DNA of 64,000 nt, taken from NCBI GenBank assembly GCA_040285825.1, contig JAUPSS010000002.1, positions 2,542,001 through 2,606,000 of the forward strand, read 5' to 3'. Positions 1 through 12,294 of the stretch are shown one piece after another. This DNA is from Eukaryota sp. TZLM1-RC (Eukaryota > Protista > Metamonada: BaSk clade). Numbering within the stretch: the first letter of the stretch is position 1; the number at the start of each line of letters is the position of its first letter. The translations under genes were made by a program, and so were the position numbers. Below the pieces are notes generated by a model. The model ran no database searches and was not told where the DNA came from. It saw only the letters and a program-made list of their open reading frames with translations.

Positions 1-573
1 TGATTTATGAAAATCAACATCACCAAAATTTGTACCACAAAAAATGTGGCTTCGTAACTGAGATGCATCAATTTCCAATAATTTTGCTAAAAAATTGGTT
101 CTTTGTTCATTCAAATTTCGACAAAATTCCAAAAAAAATGATGGTGATGTTGATTTCAAAATATGAGTAAACGTTCCAGACATTTCACATTTGATTCTTG
201 ATTTCAATTTTTAGCGACCACTTAATAATATAGAATCATTACTCTTGTTTAGCTTGATAAAATAACACAGTTTTCAAGGCACCTAGAATTGCTGAATAAA
301 AGTGCCTTGAAAGCTGGCCTATCTGTTTGAAAGTGAAACGTTGACTTTCAGTAATAACTCTTTTGTTTACAATGGTAGAAGTACACTTTCCAATTTTGAT
401 CCATGTTCTTACAATGGAATATTTTTTGAATAAATGATTTATAAGTGATGCTTGTTCCTTATCAGGTTTCGCAAGAAGTAAAAAAAATCTATTTTGTTTG
501 AATTTATTTTATTTTATTTATTTTTTGCACATTTTCAGACTCTTGAATTATAATCTTTATTTCTACGTCGGAT

Positions 574-864
574 GTGTACCGCGCACTCTATGACGTCTCG
601 TTCCGACCTCGCTGACCAATTCCTCCTATTGGCTTTCAGAAAGGAACCGACAACTGCTGTTATTCTGACATCAGAAGCTTTCGCGCATTGTAAATGGCGA
701 ACAGCTTTTGTCAAATACTCACTGATGGCCCTGTCTCCTGGAAGCTGAACTTCTTGCGAACAATGGCTACCTTCTTTGAGTGCCTTTCTCCAAAGAAATA
801 AGCTTCACTAGTGGTGAACACGACTGCAGCCACTATTCCTGACTCTGTGCGCGCATGGTATGAT
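574..864 (+). pseudogene. Fanzor N-terminal fragment (degenerate copy of ~60316-60606)
   Basis: Near-identical DNA to the 60.3-60.6 kb region (gtgtaccgcgcactctatga...gcgcgcatgg), with nonsense changes TGA 613-615, TAA 691-693 and TAA 799-801. Confidence 0.9.
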
Positions 865-1134
865 CAGGGCTTGGAAATACTGTATTGCAATATATTGGTA
901 TTGGTATTCAGCCCATTAAACAATATTGATAAGTACCAATATATTGACAATATTCTTTTCTACTTTCGAAGTCTGTTTTTAGGAAGAAACTATTAAATCT
1001 TTATAAACTACAACTAATGCTAATTATCAACATTTGTATCTTCCTCTGACCAGTTTTTATCACACAGTTTACGAATAGTTGCAACATCCCACAATTCTAG
1101 ATTGTATCACAACCATAGCTGAGCTTCAAGACGA

Positions 1135-1821
1135 TTGTTGGACAGCGAATTTCAAGTCAGTCCGATGGTTAATTTGACTCAAGAAAACAACCGTTCTACC
1201 TCAACAGACGTTGCGGAAATCCAAGTCAAATCCCTGTACTTTCTATTGAGAGCTCGTCGCTGTTGTGACAAGTCACGAGCTCTGCTTGAAATAAGAATAA
1301 ACGGTGACTATAACGACTATGAAGGTAATAACGTAAGACGATCATTGCTAAAGCAGCAATTATATCTGAGTGCTCGAAAAGCATTGAGGAGAAACACATT
1401 TGACTTCTTTATAAGAAAACAGAAAAGATTCAGCTCCATTATCAACAAAGTGAAAAAATTTGCAAACGGTCGAGAAGTAAAGGTGTGGTTTGGCAATGGA
1501 GGTGGTGGTACATCACGTCAAAAAGTGAAAACTCCACGTAAGGCATTTCTCAAGTTGTTACAATGTTCATTTGCTAATGTGAAGATCGGAGATGAATATA
1601 TGACATCTGCAAAGGTGAACTGCTGCAAGATGCTACACCAAAAGATCTATAGAGAAGTTGATGGTGAATTTAAAGTTCACAACGCCCATTTCAGTTGTCT
1701 GGAATGTAATCAAGTTTGGTCTAGAGACATTTCTGCATCACAAAATCAGCTAGAAATTGCAATTAGTGAGTACTACTATGGAACAAGACCAGAAGCGTTC
1801 AAGAGACCACAAAGAAAATAG
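1135..1821 (+). pseudogene. Fanzor/TnpB-family C-terminal fragment (RuvC-II, Cys cluster, RuvC-III; RuvC-I missing)
   Basis: Motifs VWFGNGG, GDEYMTSAKVNCC, CLEC and WSRDISASQNQLEIA align with the protein at 61198-61902. Homology starts near RRSLLKQ (~1335). No DP-containing RuvC-I upstream. Confidence 0.8.
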
Positions 1822-1980
1822 CTTCAAAGCTACGTATTGTTCTAGAGGAGAAATGGGCTCACTAAGATTGGTGGCCAATTATTCGAGGATTCTAGAACGT
1901 CTGTGGACGATCTCACCAAGGATGAAAGTTCTTGGAATAAGTTTGAATGATGCTTAACGAAAGTATCCATTTCAAATGAA
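1822..1980 (+). ncRNA. Candidate omegaRNA of the Fanzor relic
   Basis: Stems gttctaga 1839-46/tctagaac 1891-98, attgg/ccaat, cgtc/gacg, and ccaaggat-GAAA-gttcttgg 1916-35. Motifs CGTATTGT and GCTTAACG are shared with the 61.9-62.0 kb region. Confidence 0.45.
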
Positions 1981-2003
1981 AACCACAAATTGTTGAACAT
2001 AAC

Positions 2004-2915
2004 ATGCACAGATCTAGGGTTCCTCAACAGAACCACCACAGACCCCATTTGAGTGTACCTCGCTCTACGTCTGCTCGTGATGTTGCAAAGTCGCAAAGTA
2101 GTTATGTTCCAATGCAATCCCTTTCAGCTGAACCTTCTCCAGATGACCACAAGCACTCTAACTCAGGTTCGAATATTCGCTCATGGACCGCTCCTTCACA
2201 AAAAAAGACCAAACCTGTAAACATATCTTCTCTCTCTTTAGAACCGTCCACCACTTCATGGGCTGACATTAAAGAAAGTGAGTTTACCCTTGAACCCTCT
2301 CTTGATTCCATGATGACAACCGCTTCTACATCCACTCCAGTGTATCCCAAACCCCAACCTGTCAAACGTCACCCATCCGCTCCCGTTATACAACCACCTA
2401 CTGTGGTCCGCCGCCCCAAGCAACCTTCTCCCCCTAGTCCTCTTCCTAAGGTTGAGGTTGCTGCTCCCACACCTCCACCAACAGGTCCCACAGATGGACC
2501 ATCATTAGAAGAATTACAGAGGTACCATGATGATATGGTAGAGTTGGCAAGAAAGAAGCAAGAAGAAAAGGAACGAGAAGAAAAAAGAATTGAAGAAGAA
2601 AAAAGAAAACGACTCGAGGAAAAGATTAGATTATTAGATGAGAAGAAGTCAAGAGAAGTCAAGAGTAAAGCTGTTGGGGCCGAGAGAAGCGTTGAAGATA
2701 AGACTGAGGAGCATCATACTACATCAGTATTGTTTTCACCTGTTCAATCAAATTTAATTTCAATCAAAAAAGAGTCGAGAAGGGATCAAGTTGATGATGT
2801 TGTCAAGGCAAGAAGGGTATTATATGAAGATGATGTGCCTCAAAATAAGGAAACACCAAAGGTTAAAAAGGTGTTGAGAACTGTTTCTGGAAGAAAATTT
2901 AAAAGAAAAACCTAG
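2004..2915 (+). CDS. Proline-rich, charged coiled-coil protein (weakly PRRC2/BAT2-like)
   Basis: 303-aa ORF with a Pro-rich middle and an ELARKKQEEKEREEKRIEEEKRKRLEEKIRLLDEK coil resembling the PRRC2 helical motif. Confidence 0.6.
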   Translation: MHRSRVPQQNHHRPHLSVPRSTSARDVAKSQSSYVPMQSLSAEPSPDDHKHSNSGSNIRSWTAPSQKKTKPVNISSLSLEPSTTSWADIKESEFTLEPSLDSMMTTASTSTPVYPKPQPVKRHPSAPVIQPPTVVRRPKQPSPPSPLPKVEVAAPTPPPTGPTDGPSLEELQRYHDDMVELARKKQEEKEREEKRIEEEKRKRLEEKIRLLDEKKSREVKSKAVGAERSVEDKTEEHHTTSVLFSPVQSNLISIKKESRRDQVDDVVKARRVLYEDDVPQNKETPKVKKVLRTVSGRKFKRKT

Positions 2916-3288
2916 TAATATTGCGATTGATTGATTGGCGATTAATTTCTTATATATTTAATTAGAAACTTTATTTATTTTCTTTATTTGTACGCTATTT
3001 TCAATGATAATTTTGTGTTGTGAATAAATTCGTTTTTTGCTGAGTTATTTTAGCAATAAGTATATCTTTTTGGTAATCAGTTTGTTTTAATTGTTGATTA
3101 TCATTATTCTACTACTCTCGCTTTTGTGTAATAATTTCGTTCTTAATACCGTTTAACTCTTTCAAAACACAGCTTGGGGTTCTGGGGTTCAAAGAAATGC
3201 TGGGAATTCTTCGAATTATCTCAGGGAAATGCACAAAATTCCTTGATTTGCTCAAACATTGGAAATTTTATTTTGTTTCATCGAGTTA

Positions 3289-3677
3289 TGTATTTATTGA
3301 ATTTGTACACTTAATTAAATTAACTCATAACTAATGGGACGACTATCATTGAACCAAGATTTCCTCTACAAAATCTTGATCTGCTTGCTGTCTAGCTAAA
3401 GCTTCTCTAATTCGATTGAAAAACCGAGGTACTCTATTAATAATGGCAAATTGAATCCGTGAACGCCATAAAAAAATATCAAATCTTTTCATTGTTTTTT
3501 CTTGCACCATTTTTTGGAAGTCATCCAAAAAAGTTTCTGCTTCAACTGATAATCTTCCATTTATCGAAAATGGGCAAGCAATAAAAACCAGCTGTGTATT
3601 TCTATCGACATTAGCCTCTTCAATATCTTTATCATATTGTCTATGTTTCTCTTTTGCTTTAAAATCCAGAGCAGCCA
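3289..3677 (-). mobile_element. 5'-truncated 3' end of CRE-like non-LTR retrotransposon (family B)
   Basis: ORF ...KAKEKHRQYD...FACPFSINGRL...FVEEILVQ is near-identical to 29650-29980. Degenerate flanking direct repeat ttgtttcatc(t)ga(g/a)tta at 3273-3288 and 3678-3694. Confidence 0.8.
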
Positions 3678-3873
3678 TTGTTTCATCTGAATTACATATC
3701 ATTTAGACTTAATTGACGTAAACACGATTGAATTGGTCAATTGCCTTAGTAAATCACCTCAATGGGAACAATTACTTAAAAACGATAAAATTGCATATAC
3801 TCAAAATATCTCTATCAACCATTTCTACTCTAATTATTGATACTCAACGGTCTTCAACATCGGTATCACAACA

Positions 3874-4782
3874 ATGGGTGATGTAGCTGTCTCTTCTGCC
3901 AGTGGTCCATCTTGGTCTGTCCGTCAAAAGCAGAACTTTTTTCGTGCATTGTCACGCTTTGGTTCCTCGCCTATTGCTATTTCAAGTTACACAGGTAAAA
4001 CTCCAGCTCAATGTGCATCATATCTGGCTGCTGTTTCCACCCTCAAAACTTTTTTTGATGGTGAAATAACTCAGCAACAAGCATTTGAATCACACGGTCC
4101 TGTCTCTGAGAACTCTTTACTCAACTCTCTTAACGAACTTGATTCATCTTCTCAACTGCCAACACAGCCCTTAGTAGCACCTTCTAGTCACCATAAGTCC
4201 AATGAAAGTCCCGAAATTTCACTCAGCGATGAAGAAGAAGAGGCCGCAGAACTTTGTGAGGACCACTACATCAAAGCTGCTGAACTAATGAACATTCCAT
4301 TCAAAAGATCTTTATTTCTTATTAAACTAACCAGATTATTTGCTCTTTCTGAAATTAACAAACATCCTACTAGAGAGTCTGTGTACTTTTTTGAAGCAAA
4401 TTTAAGAAATTTTATTGCTAAACTAATGTCAATGATTTACCCTTTAGTTTTTGAACGGGGAAAAAGAATGAAAAAATGTGATTATGTTGTTCGGAAAAAG
4501 GATGTTATTGCTGCTTGTACTGTACTGAAACTTCCTTTTGGATTGGATGTGAGTGAACAAATTGAAGTTCCGGTAGATGAGGAAAGTACTCAGTTGGCAG
4601 AGCATACGCCATCACCACGTCATCATGACATGGCAACTGACAAGAAGGGATCAAGTTCTGCACCTCGTAGAAAAAGGAGAGTTGTTACAGATGGTGAGCT
4701 TCCACCTTTCAAAGTCAGTCGCATCATGGAAAGAAGAACTAAAAAATTGGCTAAAAATGGAAGTAAAGTTGCATGGAAATGA
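3874..4782 (+). CDS. SANT/Myb + histone-fold-like protein, Rrn5-like
   Basis: N-terminal WSVRQKQNFFRALSRFG...IS..TGKTPAQC..Y SANT motif; C-terminal LRNFIAKLM...VVRKKDVIAAC histone-fold-like segment. Confidence 0.6.
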   Translation: MGDVAVSSASGPSWSVRQKQNFFRALSRFGSSPIAISSYTGKTPAQCASYLAAVSTLKTFFDGEITQQQAFESHGPVSENSLLNSLNELDSSSQLPTQPLVAPSSHHKSNESPEISLSDEEEEAAELCEDHYIKAAELMNIPFKRSLFLIKLTRLFALSEINKHPTRESVYFFEANLRNFIAKLMSMIYPLVFERGKRMKKCDYVVRKKDVIAACTVLKLPFGLDVSEQIEVPVDEESTQLAEHTPSPRHHDMATDKKGSSSAPRRKRRVVTDGELPPFKVSRIMERRTKKLAKNGSKVAWK

Positions 4783-5654
4783 TTTAAGGTCAATGTTTCT
4801 TGCTATCTTCTTTTGGTGGATATTTTTGTACTTTTCTCAAAAATTCTCATTCTTCTATCACACTGTAAACGTCTTATTAGAACATTCTGGGCTCTTTTAA
4901 CACTAGGTATTGTGTTCAGTGCAATACAGTATGTGGTTCCAATACAATTTTGTGTATTTTTTCAATCTTTGTCCAAAATCGCCTCTTTTCAATATAAATC
5001 ATTTCCTATTTTACGTCCAAGAAGAACAACGTTTTGTAGCCCAAACTCAACCAAAAATTGATCAAATACTTTTAACTGTTTCATAGGGTTAATGTAGCCA
5101 GTGCTTGAACTCACACTCAGTACAAATGGAGTTCGAACCTGCTTGAGTGCAATAAACCGTGAAATTTCGCTATTGTTTGTTTAAACCAATTAATACCTGG
5201 TTTTATTAATATAAGTTATAAATAATTTATGTGCTATGATAGACACCATTCACTCAATCTATTCTAGTTCTAATCACACAATCGCCATAAATCATTTAGT
5301 AGAAACACTATAATTGAGGATAATAGATTTAAAGGACACACTCCATACACTGATCAAACATCATCTTTGTATAAATTTCACCTAAGTAATCAAACAATTA
5401 TACAGCTAAACTAAAAAGCTTACCACTTTTGATTGTGTGCTCAAGGAACAATCTTGTCCGTTGAAATAGAAAATGAGGAAAGCAATCCCACACACATTCT
5501 CGATAATGTTTGACATTTTTTCCAAAGTATTGTATGATCTTGAAATAATTTATATCACAAGGAGTCCACCTTTAACCATAATCTTGTAACCCACATCAAT
5601 TGTTGTAAACTAGAAAATCATTTTTATTAGTACAAAGCAAAAAAAAACAAAAAC

Positions 5655-6344
5655 CTAAACAGTAGTTGCATGCATAGCAGGAGCAGTGTTTTGGTACACA
5701 ACCTGTTGTCCAGGGACAGCCATAACAACTTGCTGAGGCTGCTTGACATTATCAGGGGAAATATTGAAGAATCCAACAATGAGGAAAATATAAGCAACCA
5801 ATTCCAAAATGAAACCTACAACAATGATACGGAGACAGAACCCAATGATGTAGAGAGTTCCACCCGTTTTGAGAGAACTGACATTAGTCATAGATCCCAA
5901 ACGGTTGAAGAAAATGGTAAGAAGGATGGCATCGACGATAGCGAGGATCACCCAAAGGACGATGGTTCCCATGATTCCCTTCATGCTATCTTGGATAGTG
6001 CCAATATCAAACGATTTCATAGCATCAAAAAGACTGGCGGCAAATACAACGATGAGCAAGACAATAATAATATCGGTTGCAACAACAATGGCCATTTTAA
6101 CTACCAATCCACTATCATTGAAGGCACCGGATGCAGATAATGCAGCAAAAAAGAACAAAACCAAAGCAATGAACTTGAAAACAGCTCCAACAACTGGAAC
6201 GATCATTAAGAGTAAACTGAGAAGAAGGAAGATCGCACCAAATCCACCAAGGAGCTTGGCACTACCGAGCTTGGAGAGGTCTGAGGTAAACTACAATAAC
6301 AATCGCATACCACCGGTGTTTGAGGAAGACTGAGGCTGATGCAT
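5655..6344 (-). CDS. DUF996-like multi-pass membrane protein, copy 1 (30-nt intron 6281-6310)
   Basis: ATG at 6344; splicing GTATG...CTCAG gives MHQPQSSSNTGDLSKLGSAKLLGGFGAIFLLLS, in frame with the 183-aa ORF. SAKLLGG.GAI and GGTLYIIG...GFF motifs resemble DUF996. Confidence 0.7.
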
Positions 6345-6639
6345 CGAGAGAGAGAATCAAAGAAATCACAATCAAAAAAAATTTCTTCTAGTGATTGATT
6401 CATGAAACTTTTACAGTCATTCTTGAATGTTGGACGCAATGTTGTTGTAAAAATGTGCAGAATATCCGAGATCGCTCTTTCCTCAACTTAACTTTATACC
6501 CAAAGAAGGTACAGTAGCATCTTGTTACATAAGTTGACTGCTTGATGTATGATGCACGAATTGTATTGCTCAAGCGGACAGTCCATGTTTCTCGCAGTGT
6601 TGCAAAAGATATTCGTAAAAGTCAATAATATCACAGACC

Positions 6640-6969
6640 AAATTTACTTTATCAGTAAATCCAATTGAATTGATTAAAGTTAACTCTTGTAACTCCAACA
6701 CTAATACTAATCGTTATACCAATGGCTCTGTCGGCTTGACTAAAGGCGATGTGGTTGTACCTGGATTAAATGGAAGTATTATCATTTTGGACATTATTCA
6801 CATTTATTCTTGTAAATTTTCAATGAAACATTCAATTACATATATTTCAAACTTAGTTGAGGTAGACATTTCACAGTGATTTTAAAAGTGAATCACAAGT
6901 TCAGATTCATCGCTAATTGGAACACGTCTGCTAATTAAGAAGAAATGAACAATTGACGAATATGCCAAT
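6640..6969 (+). mobile_element. Degenerate CRE-like non-LTR fragment (family A), continues at 20474-20830 after the Gypsy insertion
   Basis: KGDVVVPGLNGSIIILDI endonuclease motif, matching GDVILPGLDGSFILLDV at ~28040. Confidence 0.6.
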
Positions 6970-7050
6970 TGTTGGCGCCCTTAGGCTTTTATAATATGAA
7001 TAGAAAATAAATCAGCTTTATCTTAACCACTTTTCCAACCTACGGCATCA
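6970..7050 (+). repeat. 5' LTR of outer Gypsy element
   Basis: tgttggcgccc...ggcatca, preceded by caat. Confidence 0.9.
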
Positions 7051-10000
7051 ATAATTATTGGCCATTTAGGTTGATATCAGGTATACCACTTACACAACTT
7101 ACAGCTATCATACAGAGGATATCTTTAGCAGATATTATGTCAGTCTTTCCCAGCCAGGACACTGACCTCTTTAAAATTAAACATACAGCAACACGACAGG
7201 GATACTTACAATACACTTACATCAACAGGAGAAGTAGCAAAGAGTGATGAGGATTCGGGCTCGAGACCACCCTCCCCCCCCCTCTAGAAAAAACCATGGA
7301 TTCGTTCGGGGGAAAGATCAGGTTTTTAGCTATCGAACGAATCAGCAGAACCGATACCGATGACATCCTGGAAACTAAATTGCCGGCATGGATGGACTCG
7401 TACTTTGATACGATCATCCATAACTACTCAGAGGTAACGGATGGGGCTCCTACTTGTTTCAGGGAGTATATGGAACAAGCAGACAGCATAAATCCAAGCA
7501 AGTTGGAACCCGTCAGCGACTTCTTTGACGCAGATGCCCTAAATAATATACTTACGAAGCGCTCAAGCGTCTCCACATTTAGGAGCCGCCCAAACAACGG
7601 GAATCTACAACAAGGAAGAAGAAGTTCAGATTCATGGTTACGGGCGATCAATCAACAGAGCTCCACCAGAGACCTAAACTTCCAGTAATTGCCCCCATAA
7701 TATCAGAAAAAGAGCAACCGGTACAAGTCTGTTCTATCGATGTACTCCTGACCACACCCCAACAGTAGATGTGACAGAACGAGTAAACAGGCCTACCAGA
7801 GTGGTTCAGGAACCATCAACTTCCTCCCAACCTATGCTTACTAGTGCATCAGAAGACGAAGTCGAGTTGAGTGGACCTAGTTTAGATGAAACACCTTCTC
7901 CTCAACCCTTTCGTAGAAGAGTTTCTTCTGAGGAGCCTCTTCGTTTGGAGGACCTCCAAGCTTCAAGAAATATATTGGACATGAGTATAGCGAGTAGTCT
8001 TCAGAGACATGTGGACTCTCGGTCTAGGTCAGCTGAATACAAAGCTCCTCACCTATCCGAGAAAGACCCACTCAACAAGATGTCTCTCGTCTCCTTCCTT
8101 CTCAAGTTCCAAACATGGGATCAATACGGGTGCAAGATAGCTAATAGAAGCTTCCAAGCCCCTGGTCAATCTGATTTGTCTCGTGCTATGTTGATAGCAA
8201 CCCAGATATTTGGTGAAGGAAAGACCCAAATTACCCCTGAGCTCTTATCATCTCTCCCATCTCACATCAGAGAAGAAATTGATAGTGACATGAAGCAGCC
8301 ACTTTTAAAGATCGACCCAGAACTGACGAAACGTCTGGGACCTCCTTTTCATCATTACGACTTATTTAGAAGTATGATGATAAGTACTTGTCCGTCCGGC
8401 ATATCAAACATAATTGACCCCCATCTCATCTCTAGATGGCAAGGCCAAGGACTTCTGAGACCGGACTTCTACGATGCAGATCTAATGGTTTTTCTGCTAC
8501 GCAGGGCGCAATTTACCTCTTATCATGAGGCTTGCTCCGCTCTAGCAAAGCCTTGCATAAATTGGAGAAACATCCACAACAAAATGGATGCTGACAATGA
8601 ATTTGGTAGGTTCGTCGATGATTTTGGAGACGTCCTGAGAATGACCACTTACATGGTTGATTACTCTATATCTGCATCGATTAGGGGAAGCAGCAATTTA
8701 ATAACCCTCTCACTCACCCTCATTGCAGAATACTTTCTCTTGGGAATAGATATTGTTGCCATTACCAAGGAGCTGGCAAGCCATTGGACAAGAGAAGATC
8801 TCTGGAACCCTTCAACAGGTACAACTTTGTTAGACCTGATTTCGACCACCAGAAGACACTTCTTAGCTTGATGCCAAACAACGGGAAATAGGCACACCAT
8901 GGAACTTCTGAGGAAATAAGCTGAAAGAGAAGAAGATATTCCATTAGGCCTTTCGACCATGAGAATTTACTCTAGAAGAGTAACTCCATCTGGTTCAGGT
9001 GCTAAACGTCGCTCGGGAGGTGGATTTAAAGGAACTCCCCAAAACAAATATGTCCCAGAAAGTCACGAACGGGATGGTTCTAAGTTTTGTACATTTTGTA
9101 ACGTCACCGAAGGAAAAAACCCTATTGGTCACACGGTTTTTGAATGTAAAGACCCCCGTTGTACCAGGAGCAAGGTACCTAAAAAATTAAGGTTTAAGAT
9201 CGGCGAGGCTGATCAGCCTGCGAGAAGTGGCAGTGCAGTTAGGGGCCGAGATGGCCGTGGTAGACGTGTAGCTAGATTAAGAGGTAGGGCCGAGGTGGCC
9301 ATATTAGAGGACATAAAGGCAGAGGTCAATATAGACCTATTTATTACATTAATACACAAGAGGAAACATCATCAACATCACCCCCTTCTGAGAACGTGTC
9401 AGCTAGTTCGAGCATGACCTCTCACAGACGGATCGACCGTTTCAGCAACAGGGTCAGAAACACAGGTAACTTTCCCAATCGGAAACAAATCAATGCAATC
9501 AATCACAATCAATCAATTGCCGATTTCGGAAACCCAGTCAACAACTCCCCAACAGCTCAACAATTCTTACTTAATCCTCTACAATTCCACAAACCCAGCT
9601 CTGATATCAATAGTATTTTTGGTATAAATTCTACGGTTAGTGAAAACCACATCAGATCCCAGCATTCTCCATTTCTAAAATTGGAGATTTTAATAAATAC
9701 TATAAAAATGATTGCAACTATTGATTCGGCAGCGTTTTGTTCGGTTATAACAGAAGATTTGGCTAACAAATGCAATTTGTCAATTAATAGAGATGATACG
9801 ATTGAGTTCTTATCAGCCAATAACGTATCACGTAAATAGCTAGGAGGTGCAAATGGTCTTCTGTCGTTCAACGTAGGAAGCATTGCGCACCAGGTACATA
9901 ATAGACATACTCTTCCCATAATCCCGGGTTCGAACAAACTATTAATAGGGACAGACATGTTAAAAACACTTGGGCTTCAGACGGATGATGGTCTTTTCAT

Positions 10001-12294
10001 TAAATCAGACAAAGAACACCGCACTTTGCTAAATGCAGAATCTGAATTCGACTCAAGAATCGCTCAACATTCGATTAGGACCTTAGAAAACCAATCATCG
10101 TGTCCTTCCGATTTTGAGGAGCAATTAACTAGATCTGGTTGTGAGATAAAATTAGATGATGATAATAATAAATTAAAATTAACGAGTCTACTAGAAATTT
10201 TCAGCGATGTTTTTAGTGAAACTCCAAACTCAAAAGGAATTGATTGTAATCCTCTAACAATCCCCTTTAGAAACGAGAATGCTATAGTACATAGGCCTGC
10301 TAGACGGTGAAATCCCAGCAAAATGGAACTAACAAACAAAATATTTGATGAACTGATTGAAATGGGCTATGCAGTTGAATCTAATTATAAATTCAGCTCT
10401 CCTATTGTCTTAGTTATATATCCTGACGGCAAGAAACCCAGGTTAAATGGAGACTTTAGTGGTAAAGATGGAGTTAATGCCCACACGATTTCAGTAGAGC
10501 CTAATCTACCTAGGATTAGTGATATTTTAGAATTTTTGAGTAGAGTAAATTACATTGCCACGCTTGATTTACCAAAAGCTTTCCGGCAGATGAATGTAGC
10601 TGAGAAGGACATTGAGAAAACATCAATCTCAATCCCTGAAAGGTCAATTATGTTCAAAAGAGCTTGTTTCGGATTGAAAAACATCCCAGCAGTTTTTCAA
10701 AACGTAATGATGGAAATTTTCCAAATTGATGGCGTTTTTATATATATTGATGATATCATAATAGTTGGAACGACTTTCGAAGAATTCTATAAGAGATTAC
10801 AAAGAGTCCTCCAATGCGCCAGAAATAGACGTGTAAATATAGGCTTACGTAAATGTAAATTCGTAACATCCAAACACCCTATTGACATTTTAGGAAGCAC
10901 CTTCCAGGACAAAACTAGATTTATAAGCATGAAAAAGATCGAAGCTTTGATGAGAATCCTTAGACCAAAATCATTGAAAGAAGTTCGCTCATTGGTAGGA
11001 TCCATCAATTATATTAGAGATTGGCTTCCAGGTATTTCCGAATTAATAACTCCGATTAATGAGTTAATTAAAGGGAAACCTAGAATTAAATGGACCAACG
11101 AGCATGATGATTATTTTACACAAATTAAAGATTTGTTAATTAATTATATGCCCCTTGAATTACCAGCTCCGGGCAAGCGTGTATTAATAAGTACTGACGC
11201 ATCAGATGTAGCAGTAGGAGGTGTTATTTGGCAGGAAATTGAACCATACTCTCCTGCAGGATCCCCGCTGAAAAGGAAAGTGAAACCTTTGTCGTTCTAT
11301 AGTAGATTACTTACAGTAACACAAAGAAAATGGTCCACTTTACAGAAAGAATTATATGCAATACTTCTGATTTTAACTGAAAGTTGTTTAGAAAGCTACC
11401 TTTTGACTAGACATCTAACAATTTTCACTGATCACAAAAATATTGCATTCCTGGCCACAGCCCCAGAGAGATGTAGACTTGTAAAGAGATGGCTGCCGAA
11501 ACTATCTGAATTTGACTTTGATATAGTCCATGAACCAGGTGAAGATAACCACTGGGCAGATATGCTATCGAGGAATATTGATTTAGATCAAAACGAGGAA
11601 ACTCCTGCTATCTGTAGTATAAGTATACCAGATACTTTACTTTCGAATTACGAGATACCTCCTTTAGACAATGATTCTGATTCGGACTTCGAAAACATCC
11701 CATCAATCTCATCCTTAAGTAGACACCAGGACTTACCTATTTCTTCTTCTTGGTTCTCTAAAATAAGATCTGAACAACAGATAGCCAAAAAAACAATGAC
11801 TCCCTATTTGAGAATGCAATTCTGGATGAAAATACACAAATTTTTAAAAATAATAAAAATAAAATTTTAATTCCAAAAAGCTTCAGAAAACAGGCTTTAC
11901 TATTAATACATGGATTGGTTCAATCTGGCCACCCCAGCAAAAACGAAGGTCTACATAAACTGTCTAAAAGCGACTTTTTCTGACCTAATATGAGAAAGGG
12001 CCTCATAAACCATATCAAAAGATGCCCAACTTGTCACCAGTCAAAAGAACAAAAACAGCTTCCACTGGTTCCCTTTGGGCAGATCTCCTTTTGCTAGATT
12101 AAATGTCGATACAATTGGACCTCTGAATACTGATAGCGATGGTAATAAATACTTGTTAGTATTTGTAGATTCTTTTACTGGTTATTGAATTTTAGTCCCT
12201 CTAAAGGAACTCAATGCCTTAGAGACAGCAGACGCATTAATTTGGAACGTTTGCGCAATTTTTGGCATACCTATGTTAATTCATAGTGATAATG

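Noticed and set aside
5086-5150. B-box-like gagttcgaacc with short stems
   Set aside because: No cloverleaf or convincing A-box could be built.
5670-6333. Antisense ORFs (156 and 154 aa) over DUF996, and similar ones over tubulin, TOP6B and Gypsy pol
   Set aside because: Shadow ORFs arising from codon bias of the sense gene.
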